From: a virus
Lineage: Duplodnaviria > Heunggongvirae > Uroviricota > Caudoviricetes
Strand: one strand, 5' to 3'
Length of the DNA stretch: 41,266 bases
IMG/VR virus record: IMGVR_UViG_2534681675_000019
The position numbers and the translations under genes were made by a program. The notes beneath the pieces are model-generated. The model saw only the letters and a list, made by a program, of their open reading frames with translations, was not told the DNA's origin and did no database searches. Positions within the stretch are counted from its first letter, which is position 1, and each line of letters starts with the position of its first letter. Positions 27,350-36,333 of the stretch are shown here, piece after piece.

Positions 27350-29148
27350 GTTACTTTGGCCTTAATCCAGTAAACCAGAATCAGCAGCTTGACGAAGCAG
27401 CATCAAATCCAGCTGGCTTTAACAGCGATGTTGGTTTTTTCGACAATGCTGTAGGAGCGGCATTGTCTGGTTTGTACTCCGGGCTGGTGGCAAAGCCAGA
27501 TCAGTTGCTATGGGCAGGGATGGATAAAATCGTATCCCCGATTGCTCAGTTTGTTAACGAAAACACCTCGCTCAATGACACTTCAGTTTCATACATTGCT
27601 GAGCAGAGAAAACTAGCAGAGCAGCAGGTTAAGCGGCTGACGCCTGATGCCGCGACAACCGGAACCGCCGGGCAGGTCCTTTATGGGTTGTTCGATATGG
27701 GCGGGCAGGCTGTTGTTGGTACAACGCTCGGTGGTCCGGTCGGAGGTGCTGCGGCGGTAACTTCGCTACAGGGTTTTTCTGAGTTTGAACGGCTGACAGC
27801 ACAGGGTGTTGATTTCAGGACGGCGCAGGAAGCGGGATTAGTGCAGGGTATTACTGCTGGTGCCGGAACACTGATCCCTATGAGCCTCGGGTTACGTGCT
27901 GGTGGTGCGCTGGCGGAAGGTGTGGCGGCTCAGCTTGCGCGGACGGGTGAAAGTTCAGTGCGACGCGCCGCAGCAACAGCAGTACGTGCAACGCCAGATA
28001 TTGCCTATGCCGCAGGTACAAATATTGCGTTCGGTATGGCACAGCGTGGGCTTACTGCAAAAACGCTTCGTGATGGTGGCTATAGCGAAATGGCTAATCA
28101 GTATGATGTGTTGGATCGACAGGCAATTGCTATTGATGCTGTTCTTGGAGTGGCGTTTGGTGGTGTCGGCAGATTTATTAACTCTCGCGGCGAGTCTACA
28201 AGCGCACCAAATTTTTCACCAGTTGATGTCGATGCTGCACTGGCGGCGAATGCCGCTCATCATGCTGAAATTGATATTGCTCCCGGTGTGCCGATCAACG
28301 TGCTTTCGCGTAATTCGCACATTCAGGCTCTGCGAAAAGCCATGTCTGATGTTAGCCAGGGGAGACCTGTAGACGTTGCCAGCATTGTTGAGTCTGCATC
28401 TTTCAGTGAAATTCCTGGGCGCAAGAGTCTGCTTTCTCAGGCAGTTAATGAGGCTCTGTCATCTGTAGATGATGGAGTAACGGCGCGCGCTATAGAAAAT
28501 CGGTTGCTTGAAGAACAGGCCGCGCAGCTTTTGCCGCGTGGCGATAGACAGGTTTACCAGTCTGAAATCGCTAATAGCCAACGAATTATTGAAAATCTCA
28601 CTGAACAGCGCGCACAAATTCTTGCAGAAGAGCCAACCGGTAGCGGTAAGGCTTTATCTCGTGCTCGATCAGATAAACAGGCCAGACTTCGCGATATTGA
28701 CCAACGAATCCGGCAGGCACAAGAACGCCTGGAATTTTCTCGTAACGCGTTGGCACCGCATGAGCCTGGCGGTCAGTTTTTTGAAGCTCGAGCAGAACTG
28801 GCACGGCGACTGCAGGTAGAAAGTGAACTTAATGCTCAGGCTGTTTCATTCTATAAAACAGCAGAGGTCAGGACGCCAGACGAAGTAGCTCCTTTTGAGC
28901 CTGATAAAATATTGCAACAGGCAGAACAAAAAATGATGGCGGATCAGGCGGGAGATATTGATCTGCGCATAGCTGAAGACTCGCTGCTTGAATCACCTGA
29001 CATGATAATCACCGTGCTGGATGATGATGGTAATCCACAATCGCGCAGTGCGCGTGAAGTACTGGATGAAGCGAACAGGGAAAGTGAGCAGGCAATACAG
29101 GATTCCAGCCTGTTTGATGTTGCTGTGGCGTGTTTCTTGAGAGGTTAA
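27346..29148 (+). CDS. Large internal virion/ejection protein
   Basis: 600 aa, coupled; Gly/Ala-rich N-terminal half. Confidence 0.45.
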   Translation: MSYFGLNPVNQNQQLDEAASNPAGFNSDVGFFDNAVGAALSGLYSGLVAKPDQLLWAGMDKIVSPIAQFVNENTSLNDTSVSYIAEQRKLAEQQVKRLTPDAATTGTAGQVLYGLFDMGGQAVVGTTLGGPVGGAAAVTSLQGFSEFERLTAQGVDFRTAQEAGLVQGITAGAGTLIPMSLGLRAGGALAEGVAAQLARTGESSVRRAAATAVRATPDIAYAAGTNIAFGMAQRGLTAKTLRDGGYSEMANQYDVLDRQAIAIDAVLGVAFGGVGRFINSRGESTSAPNFSPVDVDAALAANAAHHAEIDIAPGVPINVLSRNSHIQALRKAMSDVSQGRPVDVASIVESASFSEIPGRKSLLSQAVNEALSSVDDGVTARAIENRLLEEQAAQLLPRGDRQVYQSEIANSQRIIENLTEQRAQILAEEPTGSGKALSRARSDKQARLRDIDQRIRQAQERLEFSRNALAPHEPGGQFFEARAELARRLQVESELNAQAVSFYKTAEVRTPDEVAPFEPDKILQQAEQKMMADQAGDIDLRIAEDSLLESPDMIITVLDDDGNPQSRSAREVLDEANRESEQAIQDSSLFDVAVACFLRG

Positions 29149-29153
29149 ATTAA

Positions 29154-31628
29154 ATGAGACAGGAATGTATACAAGCGGTCCAGCAGGCGGCGCAGCGCAC
29201 GTTAACGGCGCGAGAAATACAGAACATTGAAGACCGCATTTATCGAAATATGCGCTCCATTGCTCGTGATGACCCGATGTCGTGGCGACAACTTTCCGAA
29301 TCAGAACGGTTGTATCGTGCAGCACAATTGGCATCTGAAGAATTACAGCGAGAAGCGGCATTAAAGAAACGTCGTGTGGCCCTCACTATAGCCGCACGTC
29401 AGAGATTGGATAAATTTATCAATAGCTATCAAGGGGCTGATGGGAAACTTGGCGCTCTTAACCGTACTATTGCTTTTAATGCAGACGGTAAATCGAATTT
29501 CCTCTCTGTTGAATCCAGAACAAAAGCCACCCGTGATTATGCATTGAGTCAATTGCAGGAGGCATTCGAAGCAGTTGATCCTCGCTTTTTTGGTCTGTTT
29601 GAAGATGAAGCGGGCGTACGTGACCTGGTATATGAAATGCGGGGGCAAAATACTGGCAATGCTAAAGCAAGAAAAGGTGCTAAGGCGTGGAGAGAAGTTA
29701 CAGAGCTGCTGCGCCGCCGGTTTAATGATGCTGGTGGGGACATTGGCTATCTCGAAAACTGGGGGATCCCTCAACATCATTCTATGGAAAAGGTTGGGGC
29801 GGTATCAAAAGATAAATGGGTTAGCGATGTTATAGGTAAGCTGGATCGCAAATATTATACCCGAGCCGATGGACAACTGATGAACGATGCCGAGTTGTCT
29901 GCATTTCTTGGAGAGGCTTATAACACGATCGCTACTGGTGGGCTGAATAAGCTTACTGATACCGGAATGCGAATTTCCGGCGCACGTGCTAACCGTGGTA
30001 ATGCATCACGACAGATACATTTCAAAGATGCAGATTCCTATCTGCAATATCAGCAACTTTATGGCGATCGCTCTCTATGGGAAATCATGGTCGGTCACCT
30101 TGAAGGTATCAGTAAAGATATTGCACTGGTGGAAACATATGGCCCAAACCCCGATCATGTTTTCCGCTCTCTTCTTGATCAGGTGAAGGCAGAAACGGCA
30201 ACAGCTAACCCGAGTAAAACCGGTAAAGTCGAGCGGCTGGCGAACAACACAGAGAATCTGTACAACTTTATTTCCGGAAAGACACAGCCTGTAGCGAATC
30301 CGCACATCGCGCGATGGTCTGACAATATCCGCAACTGGCTGGTTGCCAGCAGACTCGGATCCGCGTTGCTGTCATCGTTCTCTGATCTTGGAACCATGTA
30401 TCTGTCTGCGAAGGTGACCAACCTTCCAATGAACCAGTTATTCCGCAACCAGCTTGAAGCTATGGACCCAACGAACCGTACAGAACTTGCGCGGGCGCGC
30501 CGCGCTGGTCTGGCGATGGAATCTCTACTTGGCAGCGTTAACCGCTGGGCGATGGATAATATGGGGCCGTCAGTGTCTCGTTGGGCGGCAAAGGCGGTAA
30601 TGCGTGCCAGTGGGCTTACAGCATGGTCAGATGCGCACAAGCGCGCCTATGGCGTAACCATGATGGGAAGCCTGGGAGAAGTAGTGTCACGGACACCAGA
30701 CCTTCGTAGCCTCGATGACTCTGATTTTCGTATCCTGAAAAGCAAAGGGATTACTGACACAGACTGGAGCGTATGGAAGCTGGCGCAACAGGAGGACTGG
30801 GGGAACGGTAATAATACGATGCTGACACCGGAAAGCATTATGCGTATCCCTGATTCAGCAGTTAAACATCTTGGTGAGCCTGAACGCGTGAAATTTGAGG
30901 CAATGCGTAAACTGCTCGGTGCCGTAACTGAAGAAGTTGATATGGCTGTTATTACACCGGGAGCACGTGAGCAACTGATAACCGGTTCTGGTATTCAGCG
31001 TGGAACATGGAAAGGTGAATTAACGAGAAGTGTTTTCCTGTTTAAATCGTTCCCTATCTCGGTGGTTATGCGTCACTGGTCACGCGCTATGGGTATGCCG
31101 TCTGCTGGTGGGCGTGCGGCATATATTGCGACGTTTATTGCCAGCACGACCATTCTTGGCGCTTTGTCTCAGCAACTTAACGACCTTGCGTCTGGTCGTA
31201 ATCATCGCGAGATGACAGGAGAAGATGCTGCTAAATTTTGGCTTGGTGCTCTACTGAAAGGTGGTGGTCTTGGCCTTTACGGTGACTTTTTATTGTCAGA
31301 TCACACTAGGTACGGAAGCGGCGCGCTGGCGTCGATGCTTGGCCCGGTAGCTGGTCTGGTTGATGACGTAGTGAAGATTGCTCAGGGCATACCGTTAAAT
31401 GCTGTGGAAGGGAAGAATGAGCAGACTGGTGGTGATCTGGTTAAGCTGGGGAAAGGTCTGATGCCAGGTGCGAATCTCTGGTACTTAAAGGCGGCTCTCG
31501 ATCACATGATCTTTAACCAGATGCAGGAGTATTTTTCACCAGGCTATTTGCGTAAAATGGAGCAACGTTCGAAGAAAGAGTTTAACCAGACATACTGGTG
31601 GCGACCTCAGGATGTCACTCCGCAATAA
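29154..31628 (+). CDS. Large internal virion/ejection protein
   Basis: 824 aa, GAGAGG Shine-Dalgarno; last large gene of the core block. Confidence 0.45.
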   Translation: MRQECIQAVQQAAQRTLTAREIQNIEDRIYRNMRSIARDDPMSWRQLSESERLYRAAQLASEELQREAALKKRRVALTIAARQRLDKFINSYQGADGKLGALNRTIAFNADGKSNFLSVESRTKATRDYALSQLQEAFEAVDPRFFGLFEDEAGVRDLVYEMRGQNTGNAKARKGAKAWREVTELLRRRFNDAGGDIGYLENWGIPQHHSMEKVGAVSKDKWVSDVIGKLDRKYYTRADGQLMNDAELSAFLGEAYNTIATGGLNKLTDTGMRISGARANRGNASRQIHFKDADSYLQYQQLYGDRSLWEIMVGHLEGISKDIALVETYGPNPDHVFRSLLDQVKAETATANPSKTGKVERLANNTENLYNFISGKTQPVANPHIARWSDNIRNWLVASRLGSALLSSFSDLGTMYLSAKVTNLPMNQLFRNQLEAMDPTNRTELARARRAGLAMESLLGSVNRWAMDNMGPSVSRWAAKAVMRASGLTAWSDAHKRAYGVTMMGSLGEVVSRTPDLRSLDDSDFRILKSKGITDTDWSVWKLAQQEDWGNGNNTMLTPESIMRIPDSAVKHLGEPERVKFEAMRKLLGAVTEEVDMAVITPGAREQLITGSGIQRGTWKGELTRSVFLFKSFPISVVMRHWSRAMGMPSAGGRAAYIATFIASTTILGALSQQLNDLASGRNHREMTGEDAAKFWLGALLKGGGLGLYGDFLLSDHTRYGSGALASMLGPVAGLVDDVVKIAQGIPLNAVEGKNEQTGGDLVKLGKGLMPGANLWYLKAALDHMIFNQMQEYFSPGYLRKMEQRSKKEFNQTYWWRPQDVTPQ

Positions 31629-31637
31629 GGAACAACA

Positions 31638-32051
31638 ATGAAGGAATTATTGCTGTTATCGGTATTTTTGATATCCGCTTGCTCGACATCCTATGATGTT
31701 TATGACGGTGTTGATAAGGCATATTGCGACAAGGTTAAAATGGATTTTTCTCTTGCCAAGACGGCGAAGGATAGTTGTATTGATCACTACGTCAAGACTT
31801 ATACCAAGTCAGCATCATCGGCATCTGATATTGCTGAAGGTGCTGTGTTTGAGTGTAACAAGGTGATATCCATCGCAGCGAGTTCTTCATACGATGCTGC
31901 TGTATGTGCAATGGCTGAAAGAAACGGCATGTCTGTGCAAAAAGTTAATAGCATGATAAACAGTAATGACGAAGCCAAAATAAGAACTGATATCAGCTCG
32001 GTGAAAAAAGATGCCATGAACAGAGTTGTAAAATATCAGTCATCTTTATAA
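31638..32051 (+). CDS. Lipoprotein (signal peptide with lipobox LISAC)
   Basis: 137 aa; MKELLLLSVFLISAC; AAGGAA Shine-Dalgarno; last gene of the late operon before a terminator. Confidence 0.6.
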   Translation: MKELLLLSVFLISACSTSYDVYDGVDKAYCDKVKMDFSLAKTAKDSCIDHYVKTYTKSASSASDIAEGAVFECNKVISIAASSSYDAAVCAMAERNGMSVQKVNSMINSNDEAKIRTDISSVKKDAMNRVVKYQSSL

Positions 32052-32054
32052 GTC

Positions 32055-32090
32055 GTGACATGTCACAGGCCGCTTTCGCGGCCTTTAAAT
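32055..32090 (+). terminator. GTGACATGTCAC palindrome (copy 3) plus intrinsic terminator
   Basis: Palindrome 32055-32066, then stem GGCCGC/GCGGCC with loop TTTC (32068-32083) followed by TTTAAATTT. Confidence 0.55.
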
Positions 32091-32348
32091 TTACCGGGTT
32101 TGTTTTCGTAATTGTTCGGCACAATAGTCGAGATGTGTTTGCAGATCCTGCATAGACATCTGTGAGCTGGTGACGTAGTTAATCAGTGCAGTCAGTTCGG
32201 CAAGTGGGCCATCGACATTAAATCCATCCTTATCGAGATCCCGGAGTAATTTCATCAAGTGCGATCCTTCCACCAGTGACCTGACGCCTCCCGGCGTGTG
32301 AATCCTTTCGGTAAATCCCTCTTCCAGTGGATAGTGATACTGCTGCAT
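32091..32348 (-). CDS. Small LexA-box-associated protein (antirepressor candidate)
   Basis: 85 aa from ATG 32348 (GGAG 8 nt upstream); a near-consensus LexA box lies 20 bp upstream. The 126-aa track ORF would contain the box and is rejected. Confidence 0.5.
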   Translation of the reverse strand: MQQYHYPLEEGFTERIHTPGGVRSLVEGSHLMKLLRDLDKDGFNVDGPLAELTALINYVTSSQMSMQDLQTHLDYCAEQLRKQTR

Positions 32349-32367
32349 CTTATCTTCTCCATGCAAT

Positions 32368-32387
32368 AACTGTATGTTTATACAGTA
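32368..32387. promoter_or_regulatory. LexA (SOS) box
   Basis: AACTGTATGTTTATACAGTA matches TACTGTATATATATACAGTA at 17 of 20 positions, with CTGT-N8-ACAG intact and an AT-rich spacer; overlaps a TATAAA -10-like hexamer on the minus strand. Confidence 0.65.
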
Positions 32388-32424
32388 GCAAATAATTTGT
32401 TTGCTATCCAGCACGTTTTGCGAA

Positions 32425-32439
32425 TCACCTGAAAGGTAA
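32425..32439. promoter_or_regulatory. TCACC-N5-GGTAA site in the divergent region between the small gene and the tailspike
   Basis: TCACCtgaaaGGTAAT; 37 bp from the LexA box. Confidence 0.45.
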
Positions 32440-32543
32440 TATCTGCTCACATTAACACTCTTTCCATCCATATATGGTTTTTCAGGTAATAGAATAACCA
32501 GATATGCGGCGCAACGGGTGCTGCGACTATCTGGAGATTTAAC

Positions 32544-34796
32544 ATGACGGTCTCAACCGAAGTTGACCACAACGAATACACAGGCAATGGCGTTACGACT
32601 TCATTCCCTTATACCTTTAGGGTTTTCAAGGAATCTGATCTGGTAGTGCAGGTGGTTGACCTTGACGAAAATATCGCTGTGCTGGCTCTTGATACTGATT
32701 ACACTGTCACTGGGGCTGGTGGATATAACGGCGGTAATGTAATTCTGTCGAAGGCGTTAGCTAACGGTTACCAGATTTCTATATCACGAGAGCTCCCGGT
32801 TACGCAGGAAACTGATTTGCGTAATCAGGGGAAGTTCTTTGCAGAAGTGCATGAGGATGCTTTTGATAAGCTAACGATGCTGATCCAGCAGGTTCGAAGT
32901 TGGTTTAGCTTGGCGCTGCGCAAGCCGTCATTCGTAGCAAATTATTATAACGCGCTGAACAACTATATTCGGAACCTGAAAGACCCGGTTAACCCGCAGG
33001 ATGCAGCCACAAAGAATTATGTGGACAGCACGGCTTTATCGAACATCAACCATACCATCCGAGTTCCTGACGCTTATATCGATCCGCTGCCACCACTCGC
33101 TCAGCTTGAAGGCAGCATTATCGGCATTCAAAACGGGAAGCCTGTTCCTTTCCCTGTGCCTTCAGGAACGGCGGCGGACGTATTCAACCAGTTGGCCAGC
33201 AGCGCTGACGGGAAAGGTGATGCGCTGATAACAGTGAAGCAGCCTTACCAGGGGGCAACTTCTCTTTCGCAGCATATAAAAAATGCACAGGCTATAAGTG
33301 TTGTTGATTTTGGAGCGACAATTGATGGATCTCTCCACCCTTTAAGTGAAGTTTTCTCAACACTCTCAGCGGCACAGATGGTATATCCATTTGTTACGTC
33401 TCTCACGCAATCGTTGGATTATGCGGCGCTGCAGGCCGCATGTAATACTGGTAAAAAGGTGCTAATCCCAAAAGGTCTTGGATATTATAATGCCACAATT
33501 ATATTTAATAATTCAGTCAGAATTGTTGGTGAAGGGACTGATGCAATAAACCGTTCTCAGTCTTTCATGTCAATTGTTGGGAATATATCAGCCTTCGCAT
33601 TAGCTCAGGGTAGCTCAACATCAACGAAAATGATCCAGATTTTCATTGATGGCCTTTATATCTTTTATAACCCTGGCTCTACCCCAACAAACTCATCAAC
33701 AGACGGCGGCAAGGTAGCTTTTAATTTCTACTCAACAGTCCCTAATTCTACTGGGCTGGAAATGTCAGAAATTAAAAATTGTACAGTTCATGGGGCGTGG
33801 TCGTGCTTTAATGACCAGACAGGAACCTATCTTACAAAGCTTACGAATGTGTGGGCCAGGAACTGTCATAATGGTTTTACCAAAGGAACTGGCACAACAA
33901 TCCTTCTGGAAAGATGTTATGCATCTGGTTGTATTTCTCCTTACCAGTTTGGTTCTGTCTTCGCGGTTACAATGATTAACTGCGCGATGGATGGATCAAA
34001 TATTTCATTAAGCGCCGGGACGCTTGGAGGGGCTGGAGTTCACATCCTTAACACGCACAGTTTCAATATTATTGGCTTTGATGCAGAGGGAAACACCATC
34101 TCTACGGATGGAGCTGGAGAAGCTGCGCTGTTCCATTTTGAGAATAGTAGTGGTGGCTTATCCGGGCTTACCGCACATCAGAACAGCATGCGAAGTGTTG
34201 CGCCAAGTGATGCTGGTGTAGTTTCCTACATCAGGGCGTCAGGTAGCAGCGATGTTAAAATTGAGTCATCAGAAGATGATTTATCTGACACCAACCCAGT
34301 TGCATATACTGGGTCTGGGTATCCCATTATGTTACATGCAATAGACACAGCTAAAATAAGTGTCTTTAATAGCCGGTTCAGAGCAACCACTACAGGAACT
34401 CCTGTTTTAAGTACGCTAAGTACTGGTGATGTATCATGGTATGACTGCCCTAAAAAAACAGGACTTATCGCCAATGGTTACTCGCAGACTACATCTCAGG
34501 AAGGGTTGCAAACATCATGCTTCTCTACCAGTAAAGGCTCTACTTCTGTGGCTGCAAATACCCCGACAACACTTTTTTCTCTGCCAAATTCTCAAGGCAC
34601 TTACATTATCAGCGTTTGGGGATCTGGTAGTGGGACAAACTATGCGTCAACGCAGTTAGCAATGTATGATGGAACTTTGTATCTTACGGCATTGAAAGCT
34701 GCAGCGTTCCTGACATTTACTGTAACCGGAAGAATAGTAACCCTGACGAGCCAGGGGGCTGGAACTTTTAGTTGGACTTACACGAAAATAGGTTAA
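32544..34796 (+). CDS. Tailspike/tail fiber with T7 gp17-like N-terminal adaptor domain
   Basis: 750 aa; N-terminal YTGNGVTTSFPYTF...TDYTV...RELPVTQETDL...AEVHEDAFDKL parallels the T7 gp17 N-terminus (from memory); the C-terminal two-thirds is visibly AT-rich and Ser/Thr/Gly/Asn-rich, consistent with a receptor-binding module. Confidence 0.7.
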   Translation: MTVSTEVDHNEYTGNGVTTSFPYTFRVFKESDLVVQVVDLDENIAVLALDTDYTVTGAGGYNGGNVILSKALANGYQISISRELPVTQETDLRNQGKFFAEVHEDAFDKLTMLIQQVRSWFSLALRKPSFVANYYNALNNYIRNLKDPVNPQDAATKNYVDSTALSNINHTIRVPDAYIDPLPPLAQLEGSIIGIQNGKPVPFPVPSGTAADVFNQLASSADGKGDALITVKQPYQGATSLSQHIKNAQAISVVDFGATIDGSLHPLSEVFSTLSAAQMVYPFVTSLTQSLDYAALQAACNTGKKVLIPKGLGYYNATIIFNNSVRIVGEGTDAINRSQSFMSIVGNISAFALAQGSSTSTKMIQIFIDGLYIFYNPGSTPTNSSTDGGKVAFNFYSTVPNSTGLEMSEIKNCTVHGAWSCFNDQTGTYLTKLTNVWARNCHNGFTKGTGTTILLERCYASGCISPYQFGSVFAVTMINCAMDGSNISLSAGTLGGAGVHILNTHSFNIIGFDAEGNTISTDGAGEAALFHFENSSGGLSGLTAHQNSMRSVAPSDAGVVSYIRASGSSDVKIESSEDDLSDTNPVAYTGSGYPIMLHAIDTAKISVFNSRFRATTTGTPVLSTLSTGDVSWYDCPKKTGLIANGYSQTTSQEGLQTSCFSTSKGSTSVAANTPTTLFSLPNSQGTYIISVWGSGSGTNYASTQLAMYDGTLYLTALKAAAFLTFTVTGRIVTLTSQGAGTFSWTYTKIG

Positions 34797-35104
34797 TGTT
34801 ATTTTAGGGGAGCGATGCTCCCCATCATCAATTAAAAAATAAACTGTCCATCATTTTTTAGTTTTTTACCAAACTCCCTTGAGCCTTCCAGAGTGAAATG
34901 GCTATTGTCAAAGTAAAGATAATCACCTTTCTTTGATAGAATGTCACAATTCATAGCCTTTCCGCACTGCTCGGCAAGCGTATCTATGTATTTATACGAA
35001 TGCTGGTTGCTACTAGACTGGCCCCCTGAATCTCCAGACAACCAGTATCACTTAAATAAGTGATAGTCTTAATACTAGTTTTTAGACTAGTCATTGGAGA
35101 ACAG

Positions 35105-35470
35105 ATGATTGATGTCTTAGGGCCGGAGAAACGCAGACGGCGTACCACACAGGAAAAGATCGCAATTGTTCAGCAGAGCTTTGAACCGGGGATGACGGTC
35201 TCCCTCGTTGCCCGGCAACATGGTGTAGCAGCCAGCCAGTTATTTCTCTGGCGTAAGCAATACCAGGAAGGAAGTCTTACTGCTGTCGCCGCCGGAGAAC
35301 AGGTTGTTCCTGCCTCTGAACTTGCTGCCGCCATGAAGCAGATTAAAGAACTCCAGCGCCTGCTCGGCAAGAAAACGATGGAAAATGAACTCCTCAAAGA
35401 AGCCGTTGAATATGGACGGGCAAAAAAGTGGATAGCGCACGCGCCCTTATTGCCCGGGGATGGGGAGTAA
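35105..35470 (+). CDS. insC: IS2 transposase OrfA (InsC)
   Basis: 121 aa, [24 protein letters not shown]...; HTH; ends just past the AAAAAAG frameshift site. Confidence 0.85.
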
Positions 35471-36333
35471 GCTTAGTCAGCCGTTGTCTCCGGGTGTCGC
35501 GTGCGCAGTTGCACGTCATTCTCAGACGAACCGATGACTGGATGGATGGCCGCCGCAGTCGTCACACTGATGATACGGATGTGCTTCTCCGTATACACCA
35601 TGTTATCGGAGAGCTGCCCACGTATGGTTATCGTCGGGTATGGGCGCTGCTTCGCAGACAGGCAGAACTTGATGGTATGCCTGCGATCAATGCCAAACGT
35701 GTTTACCGGATCATGCGCCAGAATGCGCTGTTGCTTGAGCGAAAACCTGCTGTACCGCCATCGAAACGGGCACATACAGGCAGAGTGGCCGTGAAAGAAA
35801 GCAATCAGCGATGGTGCTCTGACGGGTTCGAGTTCTGCTGTGATAACGGAGAGAGACTGCGTGTCACGTTCGCGCTGGACTGCTGTGATCGTGAGGCACT
35901 GCACTGGGCGGTCACTACCGGCGGCTTCAACAGTGAAACAGTACAGGACGTCATGCTGGGAGCGGTGGAACGCCGCTTCGGCAACGATCTTCCGTCGTCT
36001 CCAGTGGAGTGGCTGACGGATAATGGTTCATGCTACCGGGCTAATGAAACACGCCAGTTCGCCCGGATGTTGGGACTTGAACCGAAGAACACGGCGGTGC
36101 GGAGTCCGGAGAGTAACGGAATAGCAGAGAGCTTCGTGAAAACGATAAAGCGTGACTACATCAGTATCATGCCCAAACCAGACGGGTTAACGGCAGCAAA
36201 GAACCTTGCAGAGGCGTTCGAGCATTATAACGAATGGCATCCGCATAGTGCGCTGGGTTATCGCTCGCCACGGGAATATCTGCGGCAGCGGGCTTGTAAT
36301 GGGTTAAGTGATAACAGATGTCTGGAAATATAG
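35428..36333 (+). CDS. insD: IS2 transposase OrfB (InsD), DDE catalytic domain
   Basis: 301 aa, [30 protein letters not shown]...; overlaps orfA in the -1 frame at AAAAAAG (35422-35428). Confidence 0.85.

Noticed and set aside
32091-32471. 126-aa version of the minus-strand ORF starting at ATG 32471
   Set aside because: It would put the LexA box, the TCACC-N5-GGTAA site and the GGAG ribosome-binding site inside the coding sequence; the internal ATG at 32348 has proper signals, so the 85-aa product is preferred.
34805-34826. Hairpin GGGGAGC/GCTCCCC between the tailspike and the acyltransferase C-terminal fragment as an intrinsic terminator
   Set aside because: It has a good stem but no U-tract on either strand; reported only as a possible structure, not annotated.
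35060-35104. Track start of IS2 orfA at 35060
   Set aside because: Those codons lie in the IS2 left terminal repeat; the canonical InsC start MIDVLGPEK is ATG 35105.
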